DNA from: a virus
Lineage: Duplodnaviria > Caudoviricetes
Reading direction: 5' to 3' (one strand)
Length of the DNA: 52,856 nucleotides
Virus record (IMG/VR): IMGVR_UViG_3300028399_000002
Coordinates: 1-52,856 of that record
The notes under the pieces were generated by a model. That model did no database searches, had not been told where the DNA came from, and was given only the letters and a program-made list of their open reading frames with translations. The position numbers were made by a program, and so were the translations under genes. Of this stretch, positions 16,684 through 26,448 are shown one piece after another; position 1 is the stretch's first letter, and each line of letters begins with the position of its first letter.

Positions 16684-18174
16684 CTATAATGAACATTCTC
16701 CATCTTCACAAGATATGTGGTTGTAAACTTGCTGGTCTCTGCAACCATCCCTAAATATCGTAACTCCCTTCAAACCCATCTTGTGAGCCTGAATAAATAT
16801 ATTCCGTACTGTCTCTACTGTAGCATCATGAGGTAAATTAATTGTCGAGGATATTGATGAATCAATTACCTCATTTTGCCATACAGACTGTATCCTTAAA
16901 CGCCACCACGGTTCTATTTCATGGGCAGTACGCACATACTTACTCGTATAAATGTCTCTGCTTTCCCTTAATACACCCACAGTCAAATGTCTTTCATACT
17001 CCCTGTCAAAGATTGGTTCCGTAGCTGGAGAACAATCAAGAAGTATAGAGCACGTACCTGTAGGCGGCAAGCTTCTCTTATAGGCACTATTGGGAGCAAG
17101 AGTATTGGTGATCTCTACATAAGGTTTCCCGATTTCCCGTATAAGTTTTATGTGTTCTTCACTGTCATAATAAATTCCAAGCTTGATGAGTAAGTCAGCC
17201 ATTCCTGCTATACCAAGACCTATCGGATTATACTTATTCATCATCTCTGTAATCTCATCCAGGGGATACCAAGCAATCTTGTTGATGTTAAGTAAAGCCT
17301 TGGTTCCAAGCTCTACGTATCTTGCAAAACCTTCAGAGTCAAAAGTATCACCCTTTATAAATTTAGAGATGTTGATTGACCCAAGATTACACATTACATT
17401 AGGCGGTAATGGTAACTCTGAACAAAGGTTTGCTGCCCGAATATCTTCATCAAAAGGATTATCCATGGCAATTCTATCGTAGAAGATCACTCCAGGACAA
17501 CCACATTGATGTGCCGCAAAAGCCATAAGATCGAGTATATTCTTTGCGTCTACGTAATCCCATACATGGCCGTCTTTAGGGTTATACAAAGGGATATTTT
17601 CGCCAAGCTCACACTTCTTAAAGAAGTCATCAGTAACCAAGACTGACAGGTTGAAATTGGTAAAGCCTCCTTTCAATTTGCAAGTTATAAAATCAAGAAT
17701 TTCTGGGTGATCCACATCAAGAACCCCCAGTATACCCCCCTTGCGGAATCCACCCTCTTTAACACATTCTATAGTCTCATTAAAGACTTTCATAAAACTT
17801 ATAACTCCAGAAGTCTCTCCACCAGAACTCAAGCTATCACCTTTTGGCCTCAGTGGCGAGTAGGACATACCTACTCCAGCACCATAATGAAACAGTATAG
17901 CAACATTCTTCAGAGTTTCATAAATACTTTCAATATTATCATAGATAGGAAGTACAGCACACGGATGGAGAAGTCTTCTTTCAAACCCAGCGTTTCTCAA
18001 CGTAGGTGATGCTGGCATGAAATAACCATGAATCATAGCATCATATAGGTCTTCTTCAAGTCTTATATCTCCCATAGACAAAGTACGAGCTACACGAACA
18101 AATACATCATTAACAGTTTCTCCTCTTGCACAAAATTTCTGCTTAACTATGTTAATAGCATTCTCACTTAGCAT
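16684..18174 (-). CDS. nrdJ: Ribonucleotide reductase, class II (B12-dependent), compact form
   Basis: PASPTLRNAG, GAGVG, ANLCSE (radical Cys), CNLGSIN, PTGT, SSTINLP, KGVTIFRDG, C-terminal CEDGEC. No beta-subunit gene is present. Confidence 0.88.
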   Translation of the reverse strand: MLSENAINIVKQKFCARGETVNDVFVRVARTLSMGDIRLEEDLYDAMIHGYFMPASPTLRNAGFERRLLHPCAVLPIYDNIESIYETLKNVAILFHYGAGVGMSYSPLRPKGDSLSSGGETSGVISFMKVFNETIECVKEGGFRKGGILGVLDVDHPEILDFITCKLKGGFTNFNLSVLVTDDFFKKCELGENIPLYNPKDGHVWDYVDAKNILDLMAFAAHQCGCPGVIFYDRIAMDNPFDEDIRAANLCSELPLPPNVMCNLGSINISKFIKGDTFDSEGFARYVELGTKALLNINKIAWYPLDEITEMMNKYNPIGLGIAGMADLLIKLGIYYDSEEHIKLIREIGKPYVEITNTLAPNSAYKRSLPPTGTCSILLDCSPATEPIFDREYERHLTVGVLRESRDIYTSKYVRTAHEIEPWWRLRIQSVWQNEVIDSSISSTINLPHDATVETVRNIFIQAHKMGLKGVTIFRDGCRDQQVYNHISCEDGECSL

Positions 18175-18844
18175 TAACTTCCTCCTTCCACTTCCATATC
18201 TTTAACAGGTTCCAGTATATCTGCCAATACTCATCATAAGTCACAATATCATTCATACAGGTACACTTTTTCGGATGACTCTTGACCACACACTCTATTA
18301 GTTTAGGGTTCTTTCGGTCATGCCTAATAGACAATATTATACCACGTTTGATTTCAATGTCAAGTAGATCGTCTGCCATTTTCCGGTAAGCAGCAATTTG
18401 TAAAGCAGCATGAGGGTGTATCCTTCCAGTCTTGATATCTACTATACTATAGAAGTCGTCACCTCGCATTTTACAGATCAAGTCTGCGGTGCCACCAATA
18501 CCCCACTTTTTACTATAAAGCATAATCTCTGTAGCATAAACCTCTTCTACATTCTCAAACCAGGCTTTAAAATTCTTTACAGACTGCTCAAACTTACTTG
18601 GTACATCTCCTATTTCTTCCCCTTTTGCTACTTTTTCGCAATAAGAGTGTACTCGGGTACCAAACTTTGAGGCTTTCCTTGCAATTCTCTTTGCCTTATG
18701 CTCTCCTATCTTGGCTTTCCACACTTCCAAGGCTGGAGTAGATATGACTTTTAGGGGAGTAGTTACAGAGATAAGTAGCTCATCCTCTACTTTATAGTAC
18801 CTTACACCCTTTATAGTTACCCGTTCTACACTCATAGCATCCAA
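18164..18844 (-). CDS. PD-(D/E)xK exonuclease
   Basis: SVTT, GTRVH, E...GTADL...IVDIKTG, LQIAAY. Confidence 0.85.
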   Translation of the reverse strand: MDAMSVERVTIKGVRYYKVEDELLISVTTPLKVISTPALEVWKAKIGEHKAKRIARKASKFGTRVHSYCEKVAKGEEIGDVPSKFEQSVKNFKAWFENVEEVYATEIMLYSKKWGIGGTADLICKMRGDDFYSIVDIKTGRIHPHAALQIAAYRKMADDLLDIEIKRGIILSIRHDRKNPKLIECVVKSHPKKCTCMNDIVTYDEYWQIYWNLLKIWKWKEEVNAK

Positions 18845-19284
18845 TCCAATAAAAAGTCTCTTGCCTCTCCAATCGTATTAACGATTTTAAGAGCGAAGGT
18901 TTGAATAAATGGATGCTCCCGAACATCCGCATTATCAGTAACTACAACAATAGGCTTTCTCAAGTACCAAGCTACACCAAGCTCAGCACCAACTCCAAGA
19001 CTTGAATTAGTTATATCCGCAACTACAATATCAGCAGACATGATATCCCACAAGTCTCTGTGTGTTATCTCGTTAGGCTCATAATATGCAAAAGTAGAGC
19101 CTGTCTTACTGGCAGTTCCGTCAACACGAGGGTAAACAATCTTACCTCTCAAAGGATTGAGTATCCGTATAGATTCACCACACAAGTCTAACTCGCTGAG
19201 AATTTTTGAATTGCGGTTAAACCTTTCAACCGCTTCCTCAGCATCTATTCCAGCTATATTACCCGACAAATAAATTGTCTTCAT
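18832..19284 (-). CDS. Nucleoside 2-deoxyribosyltransferase-like protein
   Basis: IYLSG, NPLR, DLWDIMSADIVVA, SLGVGAELGVA, KPIVVV. Confidence 0.85.
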   Translation of the reverse strand: MKTIYLSGNIAGIDAEEAVERFNRNSKILSELDLCGESIRILNPLRGKIVYPRVDGTASKTGSTFAYYEPNEITHRDLWDIMSADIVVADITNSSLGVGAELGVAWYLRKPIVVVTDNADVREHPFIQTFALKIVNTIGEARDFLLDWML

Positions 19285-19529
19285 GCTCCTATCCCCAGTA
19301 TGTCATCTTCATACAAATCTTCTTCCCAACATTCGTTGAAGTAGTTATCTACTTCTTCATTAAACTTGCGACTGTCTTCCTCCAACTTGTCTAAGTCTTC
19401 AAGAAACTCCCTCAAATCAGCGTAAGCAGAGTTTACTTTGGTATACCTTTCATGACTCATTGCTACAGCATAATCTTTGAGTACACCATTAAGAAACTCC
19501 AATGTCTCCAATGCTTCCTTAGTCGTCAT
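19281..19529 (-). CDS. Acidic hypothetical protein
   Basis: 82-aa ORF overlapping both neighbours. Confidence 0.65.
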   Translation of the reverse strand: MTTKEALETLEFLNGVLKDYAVAMSHERYTKVNSAYADLREFLEDLDKLEEDSRKFNEEVDNYFNECWEEDLYEDDILGIGA

Positions 19530-20049
19530 CTTCCGACACCTCCCAATTAAAAATTTTTAAGAAATCCTCAAGCCTAAAAGCGTAACACAAAAAACCTTCC
19601 AATACAAAAGATGCTGCCATATTTATACTTTCTTCTGCTTCATCAAGACTACGCTTCGCTAAAAAAGGTAGTGAAGTTACAGCTATAAGCAAACCGTATT
19701 CATTAAAAACCAAAAGTTGATCATCATTTATCAACAGCTCTTTTGTCTTTTTATCAGTTAATGTTCTCTTAGGGTTCATAAAGAGGTTCTTCAATTTAAT
19801 CTCTTCCCTGTTTTTACATTCTACCACAAAAGGTTGAGATGTCAAGTCTAAACAAAAAATATCTCCAGGAATTGTAAAAGCACCACTGGCAGGAGTTCTC
19901 TTCCACCGCAAACCTGTGTGTTTCTCAAAAAACTTGGCAACCTTTCTTTCAAAATAGTTGCCTGCGGCCTTAGCTTTCTTCCCGGTAACAGACTTATTGA
20001 CTGTCATCATGTTACCACAGTCAGGGCATTTGAAGTAACGCTTTTTCAT
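19519..20049 (-). CDS. Holliday junction resolvase (Hjc-like PD-(D/E)xK) with an N-terminal Zn-ribbon half
   Basis: GNYFERKVA, RTPASGA, GDI, VECKN; CPDCG. Confidence 0.8.
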   Translation of the reverse strand: MKKRYFKCPDCGNMMTVNKSVTGKKAKAAGNYFERKVAKFFEKHTGLRWKRTPASGAFTIPGDIFCLDLTSQPFVVECKNREEIKLKNLFMNPKRTLTDKKTKELLINDDQLLVFNEYGLLIAVTSLPFLAKRSLDEAEESINMAASFVLEGFLCYAFRLEDFLKIFNWEVSEDDD

Positions 20050-20252
20050 CTCAACATACGCCTTATTTTATCAGGTTCAATGTCAAGAATCTCACACCAG
20101 AAATCAAGATTGTTGCTTTCTAAGAAAGCTTTTGCGCTCTTGTAGTTTTCAGGATTACTTTTCTCACCTGCTCTATAGTCGTTTACTGCAAGTTCTATAA
20201 CTGCAATCGCTAATCCCTTGACACCATTACATTTTCGTATAGAGCTGTACAT
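20046..20252 (-). CDS. Conserved phage hypothetical protein
   Basis: LAIAVIELAVNDY...SAKAFL...FWCEILDIEP pattern. Confidence 0.7.
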   Translation of the reverse strand: MYSSIRKCNGVKGLAIAVIELAVNDYRAGEKSNPENYKSAKAFLESNNLDFWCEILDIEPDKIRRMLR

Positions 20253-20396
20253 ATTCTACACCTATTAACCTCCTTACTCTTTTTATCTACCTTTTATGTA
20301 CTCTCCAGGTATCATTTGAGTACAACCATTTGAAAAATCCACCAACTTGTTTAGGCAATACAACTCTGAAAAAAGCATTTGTTAAATAATATTTCC

Positions 20397-20768
20397 TCAT
20401 GATACACTCTTTAAAACGATGCAGTTAAGACAATACACATCCTTGTCTTTATTCTTCTCTTTGTATGTCGATTTCCCGCAGGAAACACACGTAGCAGGCT
20501 CCAAATTCTCTTCTGAGAATTCTTTATAATAGCGGAAGGAAAATTTAAGAGCAGCTATTACTTTCTCAAGAAGAATATCCTGAGCCTCCTTACTTACTGC
20601 CTGCTCTAAGATAGCTGTCGAAATAATGCGGATCAATATTAGTAACCCTTCCCATCCGGACATACCCTCAAGTGCTGAACAAACACCGAGGATAGCTTTA
20701 TACTCTCTAAGAGTTCCTTCGTCAACATTATGCTTCATTTCTTTTTTCCTCCAGTTTTTCAATTGCAA
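20397..20768 (-). CDS. Hypothetical protein with a C-terminal Zn finger
   Basis: CVSC...CLNC. The true start is probably the internal MKHNV. Confidence 0.65.
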   Translation of the reverse strand: MQLKNWRKKEMKHNVDEGTLREYKAILGVCSALEGMSGWEGLLILIRIISTAILEQAVSKEAQDILLEKVIAALKFSFRYYKEFSEENLEPATCVSCGKSTYKEKNKDKDVYCLNCIVLKSVS

Positions 20769-20970
20769 GTTTTATGATAGCTCTCATAAGGCTTTCTCCA
20801 ACATTTACAAACATTTCTTCAATCTCAGACCTATCAATCTCTACTTCATAAGTTTTCCCCTGCGAATCAGTACCTTGTACTCTTATGGTGTTTGATATAA
20901 AATTGTCATACATTGAGATATTCCAATTCAATTCTGGCTTTTTATTACTCATTCTTCTTAATCCTCTCAA
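20728..20970 (-). CDS. Hypothetical protein
   Basis: Operon-packed ORF; the true start is probably MSNKKPE. Confidence 0.6.
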   Translation of the reverse strand: MRGLRRMSNKKPELNWNISMYDNFISNTIRVQGTDSQGKTYEVEIDRSEIEEMFVNVGESLMRAIIKLAIEKLEEKRNEA

Positions 20971-21799
20971 TCAACTTATAAATTTCCTTGTCTGTATATA
21001 GTTTCCCATCATAGAGATATCTACTACCCTTCTTTTCCATCAACCCTTCTTCAAGCATCATCTTTTTGTACCCGACGTCGGGAGCATCAGGATCAAACGT
21101 TACATACAAATAAGCGTCTCTGTGAGGAACTGTGCATTTGTTCTTAATTGCCCTAAGCCTACTTTTAAAACCGACCACTGAGGTAGAATACTTAAGCCAA
21201 CTTACCTTGCGAATTTCCAACCTGATAGAAACTTCGTGTTTGAGAGTCCAGCCACCAAAAGTCTTTTCGGGATTAACAAAACCAAAACCTCCAGTCCTAA
21301 TATTTGCCCTCATCTGATTTATCCACACAACACAAGTAGTCTGCTGATGTAAAATGTCAAGTCGAAATTTAGGTAGGAATTGAGCCAGAAGTCGGGCTAC
21401 ATCTCCAATTCTTATGTTACCTAATTCTTTCTCCTGAGCTTCTGAAGAGACCAATCCAGGAACTGAATCAATAATAACCAAACCGTACCCATTATTACAC
21501 ATCTCCCTTACAGTTTCAAGTGCCTCTTCCCCACATTCGGGAATTCTCAAATCAAGTTCATCAATATTTACTCCAAGAAGTTCAGCAAGATCAAGACTCA
21601 AACCTTCGAGATCAATATAACCTACTTTACCTCCTTGTCTCTGCACTGAGGCAGCCGCAATCAAAGCAAAAGAACTTTTTCCAGAACCTTCGGGACCAAA
21701 CACTTCGATCATGTGCCCAAGTGGCAGTCCTCCAGGTCTACTCAATATTTTATCGATTGAGGGAATTCCAATCTCTATTGTTTTAATCTCACCTAACAT
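20945..21799 (-). CDS. recA: RecA/UvsX-like recombinase
   Basis: GGLPLG, GPEGSGKS, YIDLE, IIDSV, INQMR, GGWTLK, KNK. Confidence 0.93.
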   Translation of the reverse strand: MLGEIKTIEIGIPSIDKILSRPGGLPLGHMIEVFGPEGSGKSSFALIAAASVQRQGGKVGYIDLEGLSLDLAELLGVNIDELDLRIPECGEEALETVREMCNNGYGLVIIDSVPGLVSSEAQEKELGNIRIGDVARLLAQFLPKFRLDILHQQTTCVVWINQMRANIRTGGFGFVNPEKTFGGWTLKHEVSIRLEIRKVSWLKYSTSVVGFKSRLRAIKNKCTVPHRDAYLYVTFDPDAPDVGYKKMMLEEGLMEKKGSRYLYDGKLYTDKEIYKLIERIKKNE

Positions 21800-21800
21800 T

Positions 21801-22034
21801 TTATATCTCTATTGTGTATTCCTCTTCATACCCTTCAGTTTTTACCTCGACAATTTGATATTCTCCTCTGCTAAAAGCTTCAGCAGCTTCTTTTGTCTTA
21901 AAAACGGGAGCAACACCAACCCAATCAGACCCGTCAATAGGAAAATTTATCTGCTCCTTGCGGTCCTCATACGCTATTTCTAAATCCTTAATTACAAACA
22001 TCACCATGTATAAGTTAGACATTTTACACCTCAC
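21801..22034 (-). CDS. Hypothetical protein
   Basis: RBS GAGG before the internal MSNLY start; packed against recA. Confidence 0.6.
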   Translation of the reverse strand: MRCKMSNLYMVMFVIKDLEIAYEDRKEQINFPIDGSDWVGVAPVFKTKEAAEAFSRGEYQIVEVKTEGYEEEYTIEI

Positions 22035-22079
22035 TATAAATAATACTACAGAACAAACAGAAAATCAAGTTAATGTAGC

Positions 22080-22346
22080 TTAACAAGTATAACCTTTGAA
22101 GGTCCTTATGTCTTCCTGACCCTTTACGAGCAGTTCTATCGTCGCGTAAAGCAGAGAAACCACATTATTGAGGTCAGCAAGGTTATCATACACTACCAAA
22201 CTTCCCCTACCAGCTGGATTACTGTCTTCGAGCGGCTTGAAACTTACCACTATGAAGAGCGAATCCTCGCATAATTTCTGGATATCTTCTGTTGATACTA
22301 CTGCCCTATGCCTTCCATCGTTCTCCATGATTAGCCTCCTTATCAT
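22080..22346 (-). CDS. Hypothetical protein
   Basis: RBS AAGGAGG before the internal MENDG start. Confidence 0.6.
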   Translation of the reverse strand: MIRRLIMENDGRHRAVVSTEDIQKLCEDSLFIVVSFKPLEDSNPAGRGSLVVYDNLADLNNVVSLLYATIELLVKGQEDIRTFKGYTC

Positions 22347-22740
22347 TTACCCATATAGTTTCCAGAGGTTTAAATTCCTTTACTAATCCAATATCTGTAT
22401 TTGATTTTTTCCAAACCATAATTCGTTCTTTGTGAGTACAAATCATCTCTCTATATTTTACCCGCTTTACAATAAGGTATAAAGGTAACTTAAACAAATT
22501 TATCCAATTTTCTGCAACTCTTAGCGCATCATCTTCCGTTAAAAATACACAGAAGCCATGACCTGGATATTTAGTATCCCACTTTACCCATCCAGAACGA
22601 TCTGCAACATAATCTACACCAAAAACCGTTGAGCTTAATTCATCCTTTGTAGGAAACTTAGTAAACATCTTATATGCGTAGCCTTCGTTATTAGGCTTTA
22701 ACATACGGGACTCAGCATGTACATAATTACACATTTTCAA
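22306..22740 (-). CDS. Hypothetical protein
   Basis: 144-aa ORF with RBS GGAGG. Confidence 0.65.
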   Translation of the reverse strand: MKMCNYVHAESRMLKPNNEGYAYKMFTKFPTKDELSSTVFGVDYVADRSGWVKWDTKYPGHGFCVFLTEDDALRVAENWINLFKLPLYLIVKRVKYREMICTHKERIMVWKKSNTDIGLVKEFKPLETIWVNDKEANHGERWKA

Positions 22741-23488
22741 GACCTCCAGTAGCTTTAATCCTTTTTACCATCTCATTCCAACCTATACTATTTGCATCTT
22801 CACCTTTCTTAAATTTAATATTATATATCTTCATATATCTCGAAAGAAGTTTTGTTAAAGCTATCTTTTCCTTTAAGGCATCAGGGTCAAGAGCGTTAAA
22901 TATTACTCTGTACTTGCTTATAAGCATATCCTTTTGCACTGTCGAGATTCGTTTACCGAAAATACAAATACCATGTGGTGTAGATAACGCATCAAAAACT
23001 CCTTCGCATAAAACAGCCCAATCATCAACCTCATCGAAATTATAGATATATTTACTTTTATCTCCATAGGTAATATATCTTACTTCTTCGTCTTTATCAA
23101 TACTTCTGGCATTGATGAGGACTACCTTCTTATTTACCCAAAGAGGAAATATTACACGGTTAGGAAGATCGGGAGACCATCTTGCCTTTTTGTAAATAAC
23201 TCCCTTAGAAAGTCCACGATCTACCAAATAATTATAAAGCTTGTCACTTTCTTCAGATCGGATTTTGAATGAAAAGAGATCTATACTGGCAGGGTCTACT
23301 CTTTTTCGGGTATCCCCGATGAGCCACATTGTTTTTGATACTGGACCTGAAGCACCACAGCGATGACAGTAGTATGTAAGTCTGCGAAACTTGCCAGTTT
23401 TAGGTAGGATATAGAGATGTTGCTTGGTGTCTGGAGTGCCAAGCCTTACTCTGCAAAATGGGCAATTCTTCCTAACAATCATATTCAA
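22727..23488 (-). CDS. DNA primase (Zn finger plus TOPRIM)
   Basis: CPFC...CHRC, RVIFP, CEGVFDA, LDPDA, DAN. Confidence 0.9.
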   Translation of the reverse strand: MNMIVRKNCPFCRVRLGTPDTKQHLYILPKTGKFRRLTYYCHRCGASGPVSKTMWLIGDTRKRVDPASIDLFSFKIRSEESDKLYNYLVDRGLSKGVIYKKARWSPDLPNRVIFPLWVNKKVVLINARSIDKDEEVRYITYGDKSKYIYNFDEVDDWAVLCEGVFDALSTPHGICIFGKRISTVQKDMLISKYRVIFNALDPDALKEKIALTKLLSRYMKIYNIKFKKGEDANSIGWNEMVKRIKATGGLENV

Positions 23489-23721
23489 TTATCCCTCGGT
23501 AAACTGTTCCAAAGTTTAATACATTTTTCTTCACTATCATAAAATATAACTACTGTGCCGCAATTTTGGCATTTTATTATGGCCTCACCTAAGAGTACGT
23601 CTTCTACTATTATGGGTTTATAATCGTTCCATGTAGTTGAAAGACAGTGGCGTTTAATAAACTCTTTACAATTCTCTTCAGTAAATCTGCAAAAAGGACA
23701 ATACTTTAGTTCTTGTTTCAT
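23485..23721 (-). CDS. Zn-ribbon protein, Lar-like pattern
   Basis: ELKYCPFC...CQNCG...IKLWN. Confidence 0.65.
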   Translation of the reverse strand: MKQELKYCPFCRFTEENCKEFIKRHCLSTTWNDYKPIIVEDVLLGEAIIKCQNCGTVVIFYDSEEKCIKLWNSLPRDN

Positions 23722-23722
23722 C

Positions 23723-24052
23723 TTAAAACCCTACCTTGTTCTTCGGTTTACCCTCAATCTTCCAGGCTATGCTTGCCATTTGATCGAGAGTCATTTCTCC
23801 TACCCTCGCATAATTGGTACACTCTGTTACAGGTTCAGCTCTGTTAATGTGTATTTCATTATTCTTACAATATGCCCTTATCACTTTGGTCTCAGTCTTA
23901 GTTAACGAAAACCACTTACATTGTGAGCATAAACCCCAAGCCTTCGACTTTTTTGCGCTGGAATGTTGGACAATAGTTTTCCACCTATCGCCTTCGCCAC
24001 CCCAGCATGTTAAATCGTCTATTTCTTCTTCAGTAAACTTGCTCATACTCAA
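23723..24052 (-). CDS. Cys-rich hypothetical protein
   Basis: CSQC...C...C; the start lies just after a consensus -10 element. Confidence 0.7.
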   Translation of the reverse strand: MSMSKFTEEEIDDLTCWGGEGDRWKTIVQHSSAKKSKAWGLCSQCKWFSLTKTETKVIRAYCKNNEIHINRAEPVTECTNYARVGEMTLDQMASIAWKIEGKPKNKVGF

Positions 24053-24080
24053 ATTATACCATATTCAGAATCTTTGTCAA
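24053..24080 (-). promoter_or_regulatory. Sigma70 promoter, probably giving a near-leaderless mRNA
   Basis: TTGACA-16 bp-TATAAT with an extended TG; ATG about 6 nt downstream and no SD. Confidence 0.75.
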
Positions 24081-25210
24081 GTCTCAATTAACCTCATTTT
24101 CTTATAATCTACTTTAAATGTATGGGTAATGCCAGACTCACCTTCCTTGTTCTTATCCAGGGTAAGCCTAATTCTTTTGGCCTGTTTCTCTTCCTTGGTT
24201 TGAGACAGTGTAAGAATTATGTCAGAGACCTGTGCTACAGCGTAGCTCTCAAAAGAATCTTCTCCACTTACTTCCCGCTTACTGTACTTAGTATGTTTAC
24301 CTGTCTGCTTCGCGGCCCACACAACACAGTCATACCTCAGAGCCAAATATTGAAGTCCTTGTGCCACCTTCTCTAACCCTTCTCTCTTTGTCCTTGCATA
24401 ATAGGAGATTACATCTATATAGTCTACCAAAACTATATCCGGCTTAATGTTGATAATGTAAGAGTTACAATCAGCTACAGTATTCTTGCTCGAATACATC
24501 TGTACAATCTTCAAGCTGCCTTTTTTGCCTCTACGTTTTTTATACTTTCCAAAAGCCTTATTATATCTTCCTACAACATTTGCCTTTTTGTCCTGAAATG
24601 TAATATGGAGCACATCATAACCCTGAAGTACAGAGTTAACACCTATGTTAACTAAAGTTAGAGACTTACCTACATGCTGAGGTCCCATTACAGTAGCAAG
24701 AAACCCACGGCAGACCCCGCCACCTTTCAGTACCTCGTCGAAACAAGCATATCCAGTAGGAATAGATACAAGTTCTCCTTCGTCTAATTCATCCTCAAAA
24801 TAGTCGTGAGGTTCATTGTAAACAAAAGAGAGACTGGAACTTAAAACGTTTTTAGCTTCTGCAACCCTGTTAGCTTCAAGCAAAGTTTCAGCTTCTATCA
24901 TAGCCTTCTTTATTTTCTGGCTTTCAACAAAAGCGATAATCTTATCCTTGGCAAACTCTTCATCTACTGGATTGTGCTTAAGCTGCCTAACTATATATCT
25001 ATATTCTTGCGGGGAACAATCACAATCTGTGCGCAAAAATTCAAGGAAGGTGTCTAAATTAGGGTATTTGTAATACTTTTCTCTGTACCTAAAAACTTGT
25101 CTCACCAGTTCTTCAGCTACAGGATCAACTGGCTCAAACCCAATAGCCCACAGGCTCGGGTCTTCAAAACAAAGAGACAGAAATTTAAACTCAGTTTTTG
25201 TAGTTTTCAT
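24077..25210 (-). CDS. DnaB-like replicative helicase
   Basis: IPTGY, GPQHVGKS (Walker A), LVDYID, DKNKEG. Confidence 0.88.
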   Translation of the reverse strand: MKTTKTEFKFLSLCFEDPSLWAIGFEPVDPVAEELVRQVFRYREKYYKYPNLDTFLEFLRTDCDCSPQEYRYIVRQLKHNPVDEEFAKDKIIAFVESQKIKKAMIEAETLLEANRVAEAKNVLSSSLSFVYNEPHDYFEDELDEGELVSIPTGYACFDEVLKGGGVCRGFLATVMGPQHVGKSLTLVNIGVNSVLQGYDVLHITFQDKKANVVGRYNKAFGKYKKRRGKKGSLKIVQMYSSKNTVADCNSYIINIKPDIVLVDYIDVISYYARTKREGLEKVAQGLQYLALRYDCVVWAAKQTGKHTKYSKREVSGEDSFESYAVAQVSDIILTLSQTKEEKQAKRIRLTLDKNKEGESGITHTFKVDYKKMRLIET

Positions 25211-25256
25211 TATTTATAAGCCGTAGAATCGAAGTTTTTCAAAAAGACATGTTAAA

Positions 25257-25514
25257 CTACTTACAAGAATTTTTCATCGATTTTAGACCCTTTAAACCGG
25301 CATTTTTCCTGCGTTTAGAAGGTAAAATTTTCGATTTTTTCTTCATTGAGGAATAGGGCATGTGAGGATATAAGGGACAAGAGTAACCAAGGCAGTCAAC
25401 ACCACCCTCATTACCGCCATTACATACGTAACATTGAGCAAGAATCGCCTCTCTAAATGTAAGATTCTTGCCTTTGAGGAATCTTCTATATTCAGCTCTA
25501 CCCTTTATAACCAT
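25257..25514 (-). CDS. Cys-rich hypothetical protein
   Basis: AILAQCYVC...DC...CPLYP pattern. Confidence 0.7.
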   Translation of the reverse strand: MVIKGRAEYRRFLKGKNLTFREAILAQCYVCNGGNEGGVDCLGYSCPLYPHMPYSSMKKKSKILPSKRRKNAGLKGLKSMKNSCK

Positions 25515-26040
25515 TCATTACCTCATCTACTTTCCTAAAGAGGTCTTCCTTAGTTCCATTATTGTTAATAATTTCATCGAAATACAAATAGTCATCAAGT
25601 TCTGTTTCGCTTACATGATTTGCAAGTTCTGAAGTAGAAGCCCCAGCACCATCGCGTTCAATTCTCCACACTTCACCTCCAGCCTTACGTATTGCCTCCA
25701 CTTCATTCACATATCTAACATCAGGAATTACTACCCTGTCCAGCCTAACAATATTATCAAAAAGTTTGTTTACCCATATGTTTGGATATATTTCTCGCAA
25801 CTTCATACCAGCCATCTGAAGTATCTGCCTGGGGGAAAGGCCATACCTGGGATCAATTTTCTCTTTATCCTCTTGTTTACCCCATAATTGATGATGTTTT
25901 AAACCAAAGATCGCGCCTCCAATATACAATTTAAGAGGTTTTGCAAACCATTCTGCTTCAAAATCATACTTTTCTACAAGATACCTGGCAACTGTATCCT
26001 TGCCGGAACCAGCCTTTCCGCTAAGACCTATAATTCTCAT
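25498..26040 (-). CDS. Deoxynucleoside monophosphate kinase
   Basis: IIGLSGKAGSGKDT, FAKPLK, RQILQ, DVRYVNE, HVSE, INNNG. Confidence 0.92.
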   Translation of the reverse strand: MRIIGLSGKAGSGKDTVARYLVEKYDFEAEWFAKPLKLYIGGAIFGLKHHQLWGKQEDKEKIDPRYGLSPRQILQMAGMKLREIYPNIWVNKLFDNIVRLDRVVIPDVRYVNEVEAIRKAGGEVWRIERDGAGASTSELANHVSETELDDYLYFDEIINNNGTKEDLFRKVDEVMNGYKG

Positions 26041-26061
26041 AATCTCCTCAACTTTGTTTAT

Positions 26062-26140
26062 AACCTAAGTAGTGAGCGGGGTGTCCCCGCTCCACATATA
26101 CACACCAGGCATTCCCAGTATGTATATTACTACTCAGGTT
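26062..26140 (-). ncRNA. Structured RNA element E (three-way junction) in the dNMP kinase leader
   Basis: 12-bp closing stem AACCTGAGTAGT/ACTACTTAGGTT, a 14-bp hairpin with G-U pairs and an 8-bp GAGCGGGG/CCCCGCTC hairpin. Confidence 0.65.
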
Positions 26141-26154
26141 TATGGCAATCTACT

Positions 26155-26247
26155 GACTGGCCGCACCTTTGCCTTTATAAAGTAGGCCGGTCTATTCCTG
26201 CGGCTGGACCTACGGCTAAATACCGTCTGCTTGCCAGCAGCCAGCTT
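26155..26247 (-). ncRNA. Structured RNA element C (cloverleaf-like)
   Basis: GCTGGCTGC/GCGGCCAGT closing stem with three short internal hairpins; 5' end shared with elements A and B. Confidence 0.6.
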
Positions 26248-26265
26248 CATGCCATACTTAAAGAC

Positions 26266-26430
26266 CTAACGATACAATATTACAGTAAAACCACTTATAT
26301 AATCCCGTCCAAAATACTCTTTAGGTGGACATAGATACTTTATTGTTGGGACAACAATGTGTCTTCTTCCGGTCCTCATTTTCTCAAGTCCAGCATAAAT
26401 CCTGGCTTTACGTGCGCTTGTGAAAAACAT
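26266..26430 (-). CDS. 54-aa hypothetical protein between RNA elements (not in the ORF track)
   Basis: RBS AAGGAG; MFFTSARKARIYAG...GFTVILYR. Confidence 0.6.
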   Translation of the reverse strand: MFFTSARKARIYAGLEKMRTGRRHIVVPTIKYLCPPKEYFGRDYISGFTVILYR

Positions 26431-26448
26431 TGATTACTCCTTGTAAAA

